DNA of 42,429 bases from Gaiellales bacterium (GTDB lineage: Bacteria; Actinomycetota; Thermoleophilia; Gaiellales; Gaiellaceae). Shown in pieces: positions 42,135 to 42,429 of this stretch; the first letter of the stretch is position 1, and every line of letters begins with the position of its first letter. The notes below the pieces were generated by a model, which saw only the letters and a list, made by a program, of their open reading frames with translations, searched no databases and had not been told where the DNA came from. A program made the position numbers and the translations under genes. Where the stretch lies: NCBI GenBank assembly GCA_038320185.1, contig JBBQDZ010000001.1, positions 1 to 42,429 on the forward strand. Direction: 5' to 3'.

Positions 42135-42405
42135 TGTCCCGGGAGACAACGGAGCTAGCGCGTAGGAGCCACGATCAGAATGACTCACGCGGTCGATGCG
42201 GTGCATGAGTGGCGCGTGGCAAGGACGCAGGGCACGTTCGTATCCGGAGGATACGGGCGCAACCGAGAACGAGCGCCACGGGCCGCTCAGGGTCACGTCG
42301 GTAGAAGTGGTGTAACGGCGCCCGTGTAGGGCCGGGAGGAGGTTCCGGCCACCGCAGGCCCCAGACTCGTCGGTTCGTCCATGAATCGATGAGAGGAGCA
42401 CCACG

Positions 42406-42429
42406 ATGGCCGAAGAGGCAAGGATGACT
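42406..42429 (+). CDS. 5' end of an unidentified CDS (MAEEARMT...), continuing beyond the window
   Basis: ATG 42406 is preceded by a strong SD, GAGAGGAG, at 42391-42398 (7-nt spacer). Only 8 codons are visible. Confidence 0.4.

Noticed and set aside
42132-42404. 90-aa minus-strand ORF (MVLLSSIHGRTDESG...).
   Set aside because: It has no SD or -10 pattern, its composition is atypical for this genome, and it has no motif. It lies entirely within a hairpin-rich intergenic region that is better explained as a leader or ncRNA.
42135-42405. Assignment of the leader to a known riboswitch class. ZTP/pfl and guanidine-III were considered because of GGGUCACG...CCGCAGGCC and CCGGAGGAUACGGGCGC.
   Set aside because: Only short partial matches were found. 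The conserved pseudoknot and core nucleotides of those classes could not be aligned by eye, so I leave it as an unclassified structured region.

Overview
High-GC (by eye about 70%) bacterial chromosome segment. It is densely packed and almost entirely housekeeping. Gene order resembles the Gram-positive rnc-smc-ftsY / ffh-rpsP-rimM-trmD-rplS / rpmF-plsX-acpP / recG-rsmD-coaD neighbourhoods, so I infer a deep-branching actinobacterium (Thermoleophilia/Rubrobacteria-like); this is not proven. I support 45 CDS: addB-addA-nth; a poxvirus-type topoisomerase IB plus a small zinc-ribbon protein; an IDH-family dehydrogenase; a secreted phosphoesterase; DedA; pntAA-pntAB-pntB plus an OCD-family enzyme; a DAO-type flavoenzyme; dprA-comM-yraN-rnhB; the ribosomal/SRP cluster; a dodecin; ftsY-smc-rnc-acpP-plsX-rpmF; a frameshifted ABC-F; yceD; an EamA transporter; a metallophosphoesterase; a coiled-coil protein; coaD; rsmD; recG; and DegV, a stand-alone receiver and YloV/FakA. 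I also support two intrinsic terminators, a repeat cluster and a set of -10-like hexamers. No rRNA, tRNA, CRISPR array, transposase or integrase was recognised. The observations most worth follow-up are: (1) an output-less NarL-type receiver domain translationally coupled between the two fatty-acid-kinase components (YloV/FakA-type and DegV/FakB-type); (2) a degenerate J-domain fused to the cytoplasmic N-terminus of signal peptidase I; (3) a 410-bp non-coding island of tandem and dispersed GGACAGACCC hairpin repeats between recG and rsmD, with one further copy at 16.5 kb; (4) a TopIB plus zinc-ribbon/AT-hook-like mini-operon closed by its own terminator; (5) rnc with no canonical start codon upstream of its catalytic signature; (6) an ABC-F gene split by a 1-nt frameshift between yceD and rpmF; (7) an unusually short SMC (913 aa) and a dodecin with a 49-aa Gly/Ser tail; (8) a TANNNT hexamer 6-9 nt upstream of the start codon of ten operon-leading genes, which suggests leaderless mRNAs. 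All functional calls come from reading motifs in the supplied translations. No database search was run.
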